This document shows, piece by piece, positions 30,580 through 38,622 of a stretch of 64,000 nucleotides of DNA. Each line of letters starts with the position of its first letter. Position 1 is the stretch's first letter. Both the position numbers and the translations under genes were made by a program. The stretch is taken from the NCBI GenBank assembly GCA_963770895.1, contig CAVYRF010000002.1:5536001-5600000 (forward strand), given 5' to 3'. The notes under the pieces are model-generated. The model searched no databases. It was given only the letters and a program-made list of their open reading frames with translations, and was not told the DNA's origin. This DNA is from an uncultured Acidobacteriota bacterium. Its GTDB lineage: Bacteria > Acidobacteriota > Thermoanaerobaculia > Multivoradales > UBA5704.

Positions 30580-33285
30580 GTGAGGCGCGACGCTAGCTGG
30601 TTGGCCGCTGTGGTGGGTGTTTTTGTGGTGGCGCTTGGCTTGGCCGGGGCGGGTGCCGCGGCGGGCCAGGGGATGAGCTTCTATACGGTGACGCCGTGCC
30701 GGCTGGTGGATACGCGGACGGCGGCGGGGCCGTTTGGCGGGCCGGCGCTGGCGGCGGGGACGCCGCGGACGTTCGACGCGGCGGGGCAGTGCGGGGTGTC
30801 GACGCGCGCCGTGGCGGTGGCGGCCAACGTGACGATCGTGGCGCCGCAGGCGGGCGGGTTTCTGGCGTTCCCGGCGATGAGCGGGCCGAACGCGGGGACG
30901 ATCACCACCTCGACGCTCAACTTTGCGATGAACCGGCAGGTGCTGGCCAACAACGCCGTGCTGGCGGTGGGGCCGGCGGGGGCGGTGGAGGTGCTGCCGG
31001 GCATGAGCGGCGCCGGCACGGTCCACATGATCGTCGACATCGTGGGCTACTTTGCCAACGCCGCGGCCGAGCAGACCACGGCGGCGCCGCCGGCGTTCAA
31101 TCCGCCGCCCGGCGCCTACAGCGGGCAGCAGATGGTGCAGATCGTCAGCTCGACGCCGGGGGCGGTCATCTATTACACGACCGACGGCTCGACGCCGAGC
31201 GCCACCCACGGCACGCTCTATACCGGCGCGGTGCCGCTGCCGGCGACGGCGACGCTGCAGGCGATGGCGGTTGCCACGGGGTTTGGCGCCAGCGCGGTCA
31301 CCAGCGGCGTGTATACGCTGAGCGGCACGTCGACGCTGTTCCTGGCCCAGATGGTGCCGCAGGGGGCTTCGCTGTCGCTCGGCTCGGGAGCGGCCAGCCT
31401 GGTGCTGTCCGCCGACCAGACGACCGCCGTGCTGCACTACACCTACTCCAACCTGAGCGGGCCGATCGTCGCGCAGCACATCCACGGTCCCGGCGGCCTC
31501 ATCCTGTTCGACATCGACAGCGCGACGCCCGACGCGACCGGCGGCCGGCTGTGGACGCTGGCGCCCGTCGGGGCGCTCTCCACGGCGCAGATCCTGACGG
31601 CGCTGTTTGCCGGCCAGTGCTACATCAACCTGCACACGGCGCTCTACCCGTCGGGCGAGATCCGGGGCTTCTTCAACCTGGCGACGGGCAGCGCAACGTT
31701 CACGCCGCCGCCGGTGCCGCCGGCCTTGCCGCCGCCGCCGATCACGCAGAGCGACGCGGCGCGCTTCCTGCTGCAGGCGACCTACGGGCCGGCGACGCCC
31801 GCCGACGTGACGATGATCACCGGCGACGCCAACGGCTTCGCCGACTGGCTGGCCTACCAGTACAGCCAGCCGCTGACCTCGCACCTGGCCTACGTGCAGG
31901 CTGCCGCGGCGGCGGGGGAGGACATCTCCAGCAACCAGGTGATGGAGTCGTTCTGGAAGCAGGCGGTGACCGGCCCCGACCAGCTGCGCCAGCGGGTGGC
32001 GCTGGCGCTGTCCGAGATCATGGTGATCTCCGACCAGGCCTCGGGGGTGGACCCCACCGGCATGGCGCGCTACCTCGACGTGCTCGAGCAGGACGCCTTC
32101 GGCAACTATCGCCAGCTGCTGGAGGACGCGACGCTCGACCCGACGATGGGCGTGTACCTGGACATGCTCGGCAACGACGCGGGCGATCCCGCGAACGGCA
32201 TCAATCCCAACGAGAACTACGCCCGCGAGGTGATGCAGCTGTTTTCGATCGGGCTCTACCAGCTGAATCCGGACGGCACCCTGGTGCTCGATTCGACCGG
32301 CCTGCCCATCCCCACCTACAACCAGGACGTGGTGATGGGCTTCGCCCAGGTGTTCACCGGCTGGACCTTCGCCGGCGGCGACCACAGCGACCCGGACAAC
32401 TTCTATTGGGTCGATCCCAACTGGACGCAGCCGATGGAATCGTGGCCGGAGCACCATTCGCCGGGCACCAAGCTGCTGTTGGGCGGCACCGTGCTGCCCG
32501 CCGGCCAGACGCCGCAGCAGGACCTGGAGGCGGCGCTGGACCTCATCTTCCAGCATCCCAACGTCGGTCCCTTTGTCTGCAAACAGCTGATCCAGCGGCT
32601 GGTGACCAGCAATCCCAGCCCGGCCTACGTCTACCGCTGCGCCCAGGCCTTTGCCGCCGACGCGCAGGGGGTGCGCGGCGACATGCAGGCGGTGCTCACC
32701 GCCATCCTGACGGATTACGAGGCGCGCTCGACAACCGTCCTGGCGCAGCCCGGCTTCGGCCACCTGCGCGAGCCCGTCGTTCGCCTGGGGAGCCTGCTGC
32801 GCGCCGTCCAGGCGACGCCGCCGTCCGACGGCAAGTGGCGCATCTGGTACCTGGAGGACCCGACCTACGGCCTGGACCAGAACCCGCTGCGTTCGCCGAC
32901 GGTGTTCAACTTCTTTTCGCCGACCTATTCGCTGCCCGGACCGGTGGCGCAGGCGGGGCTGGTGGCGCCCGAGTTCCAGATCACCGACGAAACGTCGGTC
33001 TTCGGCGCCGCCGACTACCTGCACGACATCATCTATTACGGCGCGGCGTTCGATCCCTACACGATCTTCCCCAACTATGCAGGCATGGTCGGTCTGGACG
33101 ATTCCGACCTGCTCGACTATCTCAACCTCACCATGATGGGCAACGGCATGTCGGCGGCGACGCGGTCGCTGCTCGCAACCGCCCTGGCAGATCCCAACTT
33201 CTCGGACCCGAACGACGCCACGACGCGGGTGCGCAACCTGATCTATCTGATCATCCTGTCGCCGGACTACGTGGTCCAGCGATGA
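30580..33285 (+). CDS. Secreted DUF1800-family protein with N-terminal beta-rich module, FN3-associated (chitobiase C-terminal-like) and CHRD domains
   Basis: Signal peptide; 'FYTVTPCRLVDTR' module; 'IYYTTDGSTPS'; CHRD 'HIHGP..YINLHTALYPSGEIRG'; DUF1800 'DQLRQRVALALSEI', 'PNENYAREVMQLFSIGL', 'LIQRLVTSNPSPAYV'. Confidence 0.88.
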   Translation: MRRDASWLAAVVGVFVVALGLAGAGAAAGQGMSFYTVTPCRLVDTRTAAGPFGGPALAAGTPRTFDAAGQCGVSTRAVAVAANVTIVAPQAGGFLAFPAMSGPNAGTITTSTLNFAMNRQVLANNAVLAVGPAGAVEVLPGMSGAGTVHMIVDIVGYFANAAAEQTTAAPPAFNPPPGAYSGQQMVQIVSSTPGAVIYYTTDGSTPSATHGTLYTGAVPLPATATLQAMAVATGFGASAVTSGVYTLSGTSTLFLAQMVPQGASLSLGSGAASLVLSADQTTAVLHYTYSNLSGPIVAQHIHGPGGLILFDIDSATPDATGGRLWTLAPVGALSTAQILTALFAGQCYINLHTALYPSGEIRGFFNLATGSATFTPPPVPPALPPPPITQSDAARFLLQATYGPATPADVTMITGDANGFADWLAYQYSQPLTSHLAYVQAAAAAGEDISSNQVMESFWKQAVTGPDQLRQRVALALSEIMVISDQASGVDPTGMARYLDVLEQDAFGNYRQLLEDATLDPTMGVYLDMLGNDAGDPANGINPNENYAREVMQLFSIGLYQLNPDGTLVLDSTGLPIPTYNQDVVMGFAQVFTGWTFAGGDHSDPDNFYWVDPNWTQPMESWPEHHSPGTKLLLGGTVLPAGQTPQQDLEAALDLIFQHPNVGPFVCKQLIQRLVTSNPSPAYVYRCAQAFAADAQGVRGDMQAVLTAILTDYEARSTTVLAQPGFGHLREPVVRLGSLLRAVQATPPSDGKWRIWYLEDPTYGLDQNPLRSPTVFNFFSPTYSLPGPVAQAGLVAPEFQITDETSVFGAADYLHDIIYYGAAFDPYTIFPNYAGMVGLDDSDLLDYLNLTMMGNGMSAATRSLLATALADPNFSDPNDATTRVRNLIYLIILSPDYVVQR

Positions 33286-33349
33286 GCACGCCGCTCGCGG
33301 CACGGCTCCCGGCAAGGCTCTCGGCACAGGGCATGAGGCGACCAAGACA

Positions 33350-34810
33350 ATGAAACAGCGGCGGCAGGCTCAAGGGCGGACGCAAGGGTTGCACAGCGCG
33401 CGGCGGCCGGCGCCGGCGGCGAGGGGGAAGGGGGGCGCACCGCAGCCGTCCGGTCCGACCCGCCGCCAGTTTCTGCGCTCGTCGCTGTGCGCCGCGGTCG
33501 GCACCACGGCGATGGCGTCGACGCTGTTCGACCTGCGCCGGCTGGCCGCGGCCACTCCCCCGACCGGCGGCTACAAGGCGCTGGTGTGCGTCTTTCTGTA
33601 CGGCGGCAACGACAGCAACAACATGCTGGTGCCGTTCGACGCCACCGACTACGCCGCCTACGCCGCGGTGCGCCAGGGGCTGGCGCTGCCGCAGAACACG
33701 CTGCTGCCGATCAACCTGGTATCGGGCGGCGACGGGCGCCTGTGGTCGCTCCATCCCAGCATGACCGCCCTGCAAAGCCTGTTCGCCCAGCAGAAGATGG
33801 CGATCCTGGCCAACGTCGGCCCGCTGGTGACGCCGGTGTCGCTGCAGGCCTACAACAACGGCACCGCCAACCTGCCGCCGCAGCTGTTTTCGCACAGCGA
33901 CCAGACGACGCACTGGCAGACCTCGATCCCCAACCAGCCGCCGCTCACCGGGTGGGGCGGCCGGGTGGCGGACCAGCTGGTGGCGCTCAACTCCAGCTCG
34001 CAGATCTCGCTCTGCATGTCGGTTTCCGGCGCCAACACCTTCGAGGTCGGCAACCTGGTGACGCAGCTGCAGGTCCCGCCCGGCAACCCGCCGTCGCTGG
34101 ACGACTACACCCCGGACCCCACCGACCCGGTGTCGAACGCCCTGCGCGGCATGTTGCAAATGAGCTACGGCAACCTGTTTCAGACCGCCTACAGCTCGAT
34201 CGTGCAGCGCGCCATCAACGACGACCAGCTGCTGCAGACGACGCTCGCCGCCCTGCCGGCGCTCAATACGCAGTTCCCCGCGACCGACCTGGGAGCCCAG
34301 CTGCAGGCCGTGGCGCAGCTCATCCAGGCGCGCCAACCGCTGTCGCAGCAGCGCCAGATCTTCTTTGTCGCCACCGACGGCTTCGATACCCACGGCTCGC
34401 AGCTCGAAACCCAGGGCCCCCTGCTGCAGGAGCTGAGCGACGCCCTGGCGGCCTTTTATGCCGCAACCGTCGAGATGCAGGTGCAGGGCAGCGTCACCGC
34501 CTTCACCGCCTCCGACTTCGGCCGCACCTACCTGAGCAACGGCGACGGCAGCGATCACGGCTGGGGCAGCCACCACCTGATCGTCGGCGGCGCCGTCAAC
34601 GGCGGCAGCCTCTACGGCCAGATGCCCAGCCTGGCGATCAACGGTCCCGACGACACCGGCGAAGGCCGCTGGATCCCCTCCACCTCGGTCGACGAATACT
34701 CGGCAACCCTGGCCAAGTGGTTCGGCGTCAGCGCCTCGGACATGCCGACCGTCTTTCCCAACCTGGGCCAATTCGGCCACCCCGACCTGGGCTTCCTGAG
34801 CGCCAGCTGA
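33350..34810 (+). CDS. DUF1501-family Tat-exported protein
   Basis: Twin-Arg TRRQFL; 'YKALVCVFLYGGNDSNN', 'LFSHSDQ', 'GFDTH', 'SDFGRT..NGDGSDHGWG'; usual partner of DUF1800. Confidence 0.9.
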   Translation: MKQRRQAQGRTQGLHSARRPAPAARGKGGAPQPSGPTRRQFLRSSLCAAVGTTAMASTLFDLRRLAAATPPTGGYKALVCVFLYGGNDSNNMLVPFDATDYAAYAAVRQGLALPQNTLLPINLVSGGDGRLWSLHPSMTALQSLFAQQKMAILANVGPLVTPVSLQAYNNGTANLPPQLFSHSDQTTHWQTSIPNQPPLTGWGGRVADQLVALNSSSQISLCMSVSGANTFEVGNLVTQLQVPPGNPPSLDDYTPDPTDPVSNALRGMLQMSYGNLFQTAYSSIVQRAINDDQLLQTTLAALPALNTQFPATDLGAQLQAVAQLIQARQPLSQQRQIFFVATDGFDTHGSQLETQGPLLQELSDALAAFYAATVEMQVQGSVTAFTASDFGRTYLSNGDGSDHGWGSHHLIVGGAVNGGSLYGQMPSLAINGPDDTGEGRWIPSTSVDEYSATLAKWFGVSASDMPTVFPNLGQFGHPDLGFLSAS

Positions 34811-34864
34811 ACCAGCCGGAAAGCCGCCAAACCGAAGACGGTCGGTGCCCCGGAGCGACCGGTG

Positions 34865-34907
34865 TGCATCGATGCAGTGATGGTGCATTCTGGTGCACTT
34901 TGGTGTA
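34865..34907 (+). promoter_or_regulatory. Putative operator: palindrome plus three helically phased direct repeats
   Basis: TGCATCGATGCA (34865-34876); TGGTG(C/T)A at 34881, 34891, 34901 (10-bp period), just upstream of an RHH gene. Confidence 0.5.
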
Positions 34908-34917
34908 TCGTCGCTGC

Positions 34918-35175
34918 ATGGTGACTCCACAGAAGCCTGTCCGCCAGAGCCTGAGCCTACCCCCGGCCGTGGCTCGGCGCGTCAGGTCGCTCGCGAAGAT
35001 GAGCCGCACCAGCACAAACCGAGTGCTGGTGGATCTGATCGAGTCAGGGTTGGCGGCGAGGGAGCAGGAAAAAAAGCGTTTCTTCGAGTTGGCCGACCGG
35101 CTGGCGCTCTCCCAGGATCCGGAAGAGCAACGCCGGGTCAAGGAGGAGCTGGCGCTCATGACATTTGGTGAGTGA
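34918..35175 (+). CDS. Ribbon-helix-helix (CopG/Arc-like) protein, probable antitoxin
   Basis: MVTPQKPVRQSLSLPPAVARRVRSLAKMSRTSTNRVLVDLIESGL: beta-strand then two helices; 85 aa. Confidence 0.7.
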   Translation: MVTPQKPVRQSLSLPPAVARRVRSLAKMSRTSTNRVLVDLIESGLAAREQEKKRFFELADRLALSQDPEEQRRVKEELALMTFGE

Positions 35176-35186
35176 TGCCGGAGATC

Positions 35187-35468
35187 CGGTGGAGCAAGCG
35201 CTTGGCCCGATTGCGGTCGCGCCGTCAGGCGCGCCGCGGTCGGGCCAACCGCACGGGACCGGCCTCGCTACACCTGGAAAGCCGTGCACTGCGAATCAGG
35301 CACACCGCGCACACCGCGCCCTCCGCCGGTGCCCCCCTTTTCCCGATTCGAAAACAGCGCGGCGGGCTCTGCGCCGGGGGACACCGGCGCGGGGCTTACT
35401 CCCAAGGTCTGTGGCGGGCGCCGGCACCTTTGCGCGCGACCACGGGAATTGCCGGGCGCCCGGCGCAC
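35187..35468. repeat. About 280-bp dispersed repeat, copy 1
   Basis: Highly similar to 36651-36922 (GGCCCGATTGCGGTCGCGCC...GCTACACCTGGAAAGCCGTG...CCCAAGGTCTG...TTGCCGGGCGCCCG). Confidence 0.85.
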
Positions 35469-35494
35469 CGCCATGCCGCAGCCGCCTCGTCTTG

Positions 35495-35522
35495 CCATAT
35501 CGATCTATGGTTGGCCATATGG
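35495..35522 (+). promoter_or_regulatory. Putative vapBC operator
   Basis: Inverted repeats CCATA-tcgatc-TATGG and CCATATGG in an AT-rich patch just before vapB. Confidence 0.4.
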
Positions 35523-35536
35523 TATCTTGAGCTGCT

Positions 35537-35743
35537 ATGGAGCAAAAAACGCGCAAAGTCACGGTCGGATTGCCACAGGAGCTTCTGCGGAAAGCACAGC
35601 GGACTACCGGCGCTGGCATCACCGCCACCATCCGGCGCGGATTGGAGCTGGTTGCTGCCGGCAGGGCTTACGAGGAACTGCTTCATCTCAGGGGCAAGGT
35701 GACGCTGTCGATCGACCTCAAGCAGCTGAGGGAGGATCGGTGA
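35537..35743 (+). CDS. vapB: VapB-like antitoxin
   Basis: 68 aa, N-terminal RHH-like 'RKVTVGLPQELLRKAQ'; stop overlaps the start of a PIN gene (GTGA). Confidence 0.75.
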   Translation: MEQKTRKVTVGLPQELLRKAQRTTGAGITATIRRGLELVAAGRAYEELLHLRGKVTLSIDLKQLREDR

Positions 35744-36117
35744 TCGCAATCGATACCAGCGCCTGGGTCGCTTTCTTCGGCGGCTCCCTCGGCAAGGACG
35801 TCGAGCTGGTGGGCAAGGCGCTGGCAGACGGCCAAGTCTGTTTGGCGCCGGTGGTCCTTACGGAGTTGCTGAGCGATCCGCAGTTGCCGCGGCGGGTCGC
35901 CGCACTGCTTGAGGATCTCCCTCTCCTTGAGATCACAGAGGGTTACTGGGAGAGGGCGGGTAACCTGCGATCCGAGATTCTGTCCCAGAAGCTCAAGGCC
36001 AAGCTGGCCGATACCCTGATTGCTCAGAGCTGCTTGGACCACGGTGTAGCGCTCGTCACCAGGGATGGCGACTTTCGCCATTTCGCCGCGGCCCGGGGCC
36101 TGAAGCTACTCGGCTGA
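35740..36117 (+). CDS. vapC: VapC PIN-domain toxin
   Basis: IAIDTS, VLTELL, ADTLIA, LVTRDGDF: the conserved acidic PIN residues; 125 aa. Confidence 0.92.
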   Translation: MIAIDTSAWVAFFGGSLGKDVELVGKALADGQVCLAPVVLTELLSDPQLPRRVAALLEDLPLLEITEGYWERAGNLRSEILSQKLKAKLADTLIAQSCLDHGVALVTRDGDFRHFAAARGLKLLG

Positions 36118-36147
36118 ACGGCTGGTGCCTTCCAGTCCGAAGTTGGG

Positions 36148-36308
36148 TCAATCCGGCCGCCGCGCGATCCCTGATGCCCGTTGTGCACAAGAAGACGGAG
36201 ATGGGTTTGGCTGGGCATTCCCAGGCGAAAATCCTCGCTAGCATCAAGACGGCGTTCCGCGGGAAGGAACTGCCCGACTTGGAGCCTGGAGCGATGAGCT
36301 ACATGATG
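36148..36308 (+). pseudogene. Diverged internal fragment of the gene at 37270-38034
   Basis: 161 bp collinear with 37625-37785 (MPVVHKKTEMGLAGHS...PGAMSYMM vs MPVVYRKTEMVLAGHS...PGAMSYMM). Confidence 0.8.
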
Positions 36309-36330
36309 GGCGGGGTATCATGCCCATGTC

Positions 36331-36550
36331 ATGGTTTCGACTCTTACGGACACGCCGCCGGAAGTTGAAGAGATCCTTGTCGAGGGTTATCGCCGGATGT
36401 CCCCTGCCGAGCGGCTGGCCCGCGCGCTCGACCTCGGCCGCGCCGTGCAGCAGCTGGCCCTTGCCCGCATCCTCGCCCGCTATGGCCCCAATCTCTCCGA
36501 GCGCGAAGCGCGCCTCCGCTTGGCCGCCCTCTGGCTGCCGCGCGAAAGAA
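36331..36550 (+). pseudogene. Truncated small helical protein of the type often found upstream of nucleotidyltransferase genes in TA-like pairs
   Basis: 'DTPPEVEEILVEGYRRMSPAERLARALDL...EREARLRLAALWL' then reads into unrelated and repeat sequence; family assignment from recall only. Confidence 0.5.
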
Positions 36551-36650
36551 GCTCGTCCGCCAGAGCCTTCGCGCCGTCAGGTCTGCTCCATGCCGGGCGC
36601 TCTCCTCGACTCCTGGTCAAAGCGCACTCAGCGCCAGCGCCCGTCACCAA

Positions 36651-36922
36651 CGGTGGGAGCAAGTGCCCGGCCCGATTGCGGTCGCGCCGCCAGGCGCGCC
36701 GCGATCGGGCCAACCGCACAGGACCGGCCTTGCTACACCTGGAAAGCCGTGGCACCGAGACCAGGCCGTATCGCGTCCTTCGCCGGTGTCCCCCTTTCCC
36801 GATTCGGAACAGCACGGCGGTCCCTGCCGCGGGGGACACCGGCGCGGGGCTTGCTCCCAAGGTCTGCGGCGGGCGCCGGCACCTTGCGCGCGACCATGGG
36901 GATTGCCGGGCGCCCGACGCAC
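36651..36922. repeat. About 270-bp dispersed repeat, copy 2
   Basis: Similar to 35187-35468. Confidence 0.85.
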
Positions 36923-36924
36923 AG

Positions 36925-36975
36925 TGTCGACCGACCTCTATCAGCTGAGAGGATCGGTGATCGCGATCGATACCG
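36925..36975 (+). pseudogene. Remnant of the vapB/vapC junction
   Basis: TGTCGACCGACCTCTATCAGCTGAGAGGATCGGTGATCGCGATCGATACC matches 35706-35757. Confidence 0.7.
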
Positions 36976-37269
36976 GGGACGGAAGAGTGCTGGCCGCGCT
37001 GCAGGCGCCTCGCGCGCTGCCGAAGTGGATCTTCGCCTTTTGCGTGGGTTGGTGCGAAGATTGTTTCGGCTAGGAGGGGTACCACGGCTTGGTCAGGCAG
37101 GCTGCGCGGCAGCCAGCGACCGATGTTCTTGTCGGAATCCCATGGGCAGATCGCCACCGGTTTGCAGGTCCGGTATGGTGCCGCCTCTCCGATACCGAGA
37201 GGTGGTGCGGCCGTGCGGTTTTGCTGTGATGCAGGTTGCGCTTGCGGGACCTCTGAGAAAGGAACGACC

Positions 37270-38034
37270 ATGAAGCGAGTACGGCAGAGCGGGCGGATCG
37301 CTGGCAGCGCGGTGATGAGCTTGATGGTTCTGGGCGGCGTTCTGGGTGCCGGGCAGCGTGCGGAGGCTGCCAGGGCAGAATACCCGCGGATGGCGCCGAT
37401 CGATCAGTACATGATGTCCGACCGGAATGCCGAGATCGCTTTGGCGCGCAGCGCGGCCCCGGAGGCCATATCTCGCGACGCCAGGATCCTGGTGCTGGGA
37501 AGGCATGGGTACGAAACGGCCGTCGAAGGCAAGAACGGGTTTGTGTGCATCGTGGAACGAGGGTGGACCAGCGCCTTCGATTTCCCGGACGTGTGGAACC
37601 CGAAGCTCCGCGGCCCGGTCTGCCTCAATCCGGCCGCCGCGCGATCGCTGATGCCGGTTGTGTACAGGAAGACGGAGATGGTGTTGGCTGGGCATTCCCC
37701 GGCGGAGATCCTCGCCAGTCTCAAGACGGCGTATCGCCAAAAGGAACTGCCCGGCCTGGAGCCCGGTGCGATGAGCTACATGATGTCGAAGGCGGCGTAC
37801 CTCACCGATGACGGCGGGCACAACATGGCGCACCTGATGTTCTACGTTTTGACCAAGGATCGCTCGACCTGGGGAGCGGACCTGCCCAAGTCGCCGATCG
37901 ACTCAGGGTCCTTCTGGTTCCCCGCCGACCTGGCAAATCCGCAAGAAGAAGGCCTTCCTCCCATCGTTGTGTTCATCGCCCCCGTCCCGACGTGGTCCGA
38001 TGGAACGGCTGCCACCCATCAAGCAATGCCCTGA
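37270..38034 (+). CDS. Conserved hypothetical exported protein
   Basis: ATG 37270 after GAAAGGA; signal peptide; 'YPRMAPIDQYMM..EIALARSAAP', 'NGFVCIVER', 'PGAMSYMMSK', 'HLMFY'. Confidence 0.75.
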   Translation: MKRVRQSGRIAGSAVMSLMVLGGVLGAGQRAEAARAEYPRMAPIDQYMMSDRNAEIALARSAAPEAISRDARILVLGRHGYETAVEGKNGFVCIVERGWTSAFDFPDVWNPKLRGPVCLNPAAARSLMPVVYRKTEMVLAGHSPAEILASLKTAYRQKELPGLEPGAMSYMMSKAAYLTDDGGHNMAHLMFYVLTKDRSTWGADLPKSPIDSGSFWFPADLANPQEEGLPPIVVFIAPVPTWSDGTAATHQAMP

Positions 38035-38083
38035 GTTGGAAGAAGGCCGCGCGCGGAGGCATCGGCGAGGGAGGGGACAACGG

Positions 38084-38111
38084 AAAAGGGCCACCCGGTC
38101 AGGGGTGGCCC
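38084..38111 (-). terminator. Intrinsic terminator downstream of the cold-shock gene
   Basis: Minus strand GGGCCACC-cctgaccg-GGTGGCCC-TTTT. Confidence 0.6.
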
Positions 38112-38189
38112 ATGGCAATCGATCACGATGCCGCGCGGGGTGGGGTGAGATCTCACCGCGATCCCGGCGCGGGTCGGGGATTTGCTCGA

Positions 38190-38399
38190 TCAGGAAATGC
38201 GGGTGACGTTCGCCGCAGCGGCGCCCTTGGCGCTCTGGACGACGTCGAATTCGACGCGCTCGCCCTCGGCCAGGCTCTTGAAGCCCTCGCCCTGAATTGC
38301 CGAGTGATGGACGAAGCAATCCTTGCCACCGTCCTCCGGCGTGATGAATCCAAAACCCTTCGCATCATTGAACCACTTCACTCTTCCGGTGTTACGCAT
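38190..38399 (-). CDS. cspA: Cold-shock protein (CspA family)
   Basis: [15 protein letters not shown] (RNP1), FVHHSAI (RNP2), 69 aa. Confidence 0.97.
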   Translation of the reverse strand: MRNTGRVKWFNDAKGFGFITPEDGGKDCFVHHSAIQGEGFKSLAEGERVEFDVVQSAKGAAAANVTRIS

Positions 38400-38525
38400 T
38401 GTCTTTCTTCTCTCTTTCTAGGGCTTTTCCCGCCAAAAACACAAAAGGCCCGGTAGTAACCAGGCCTTTGTCATAGTCTCTGGCGTACAGCGCAGGGCCA
38501 ACCGTTGACCCAACGCTAGAGGCAC

Positions 38526-38554
38526 GTTTTACTCCAAGTCTTGGCCTTTGTCAA
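38526..38554 (-). promoter_or_regulatory. Sigma70-type promoter of csp
   Basis: Minus strand TTGACA-N17-TAAAAC, implying a 5' UTR of about 120 nt. Confidence 0.65.
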
Positions 38555-38622
38555 GAGCTGAATCGCAGATTGTGGCGCGGCAAGCTTGGGCACCGCCGAT
38601 TTGGCGGGTACAGGGCGGGGCG

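Noticed and set aside
34865-37100. Integron cassette array
   Set aside because: No integrase in the window, and the repeats lack clear attC RYYYAAC/GTTRRRY ends.
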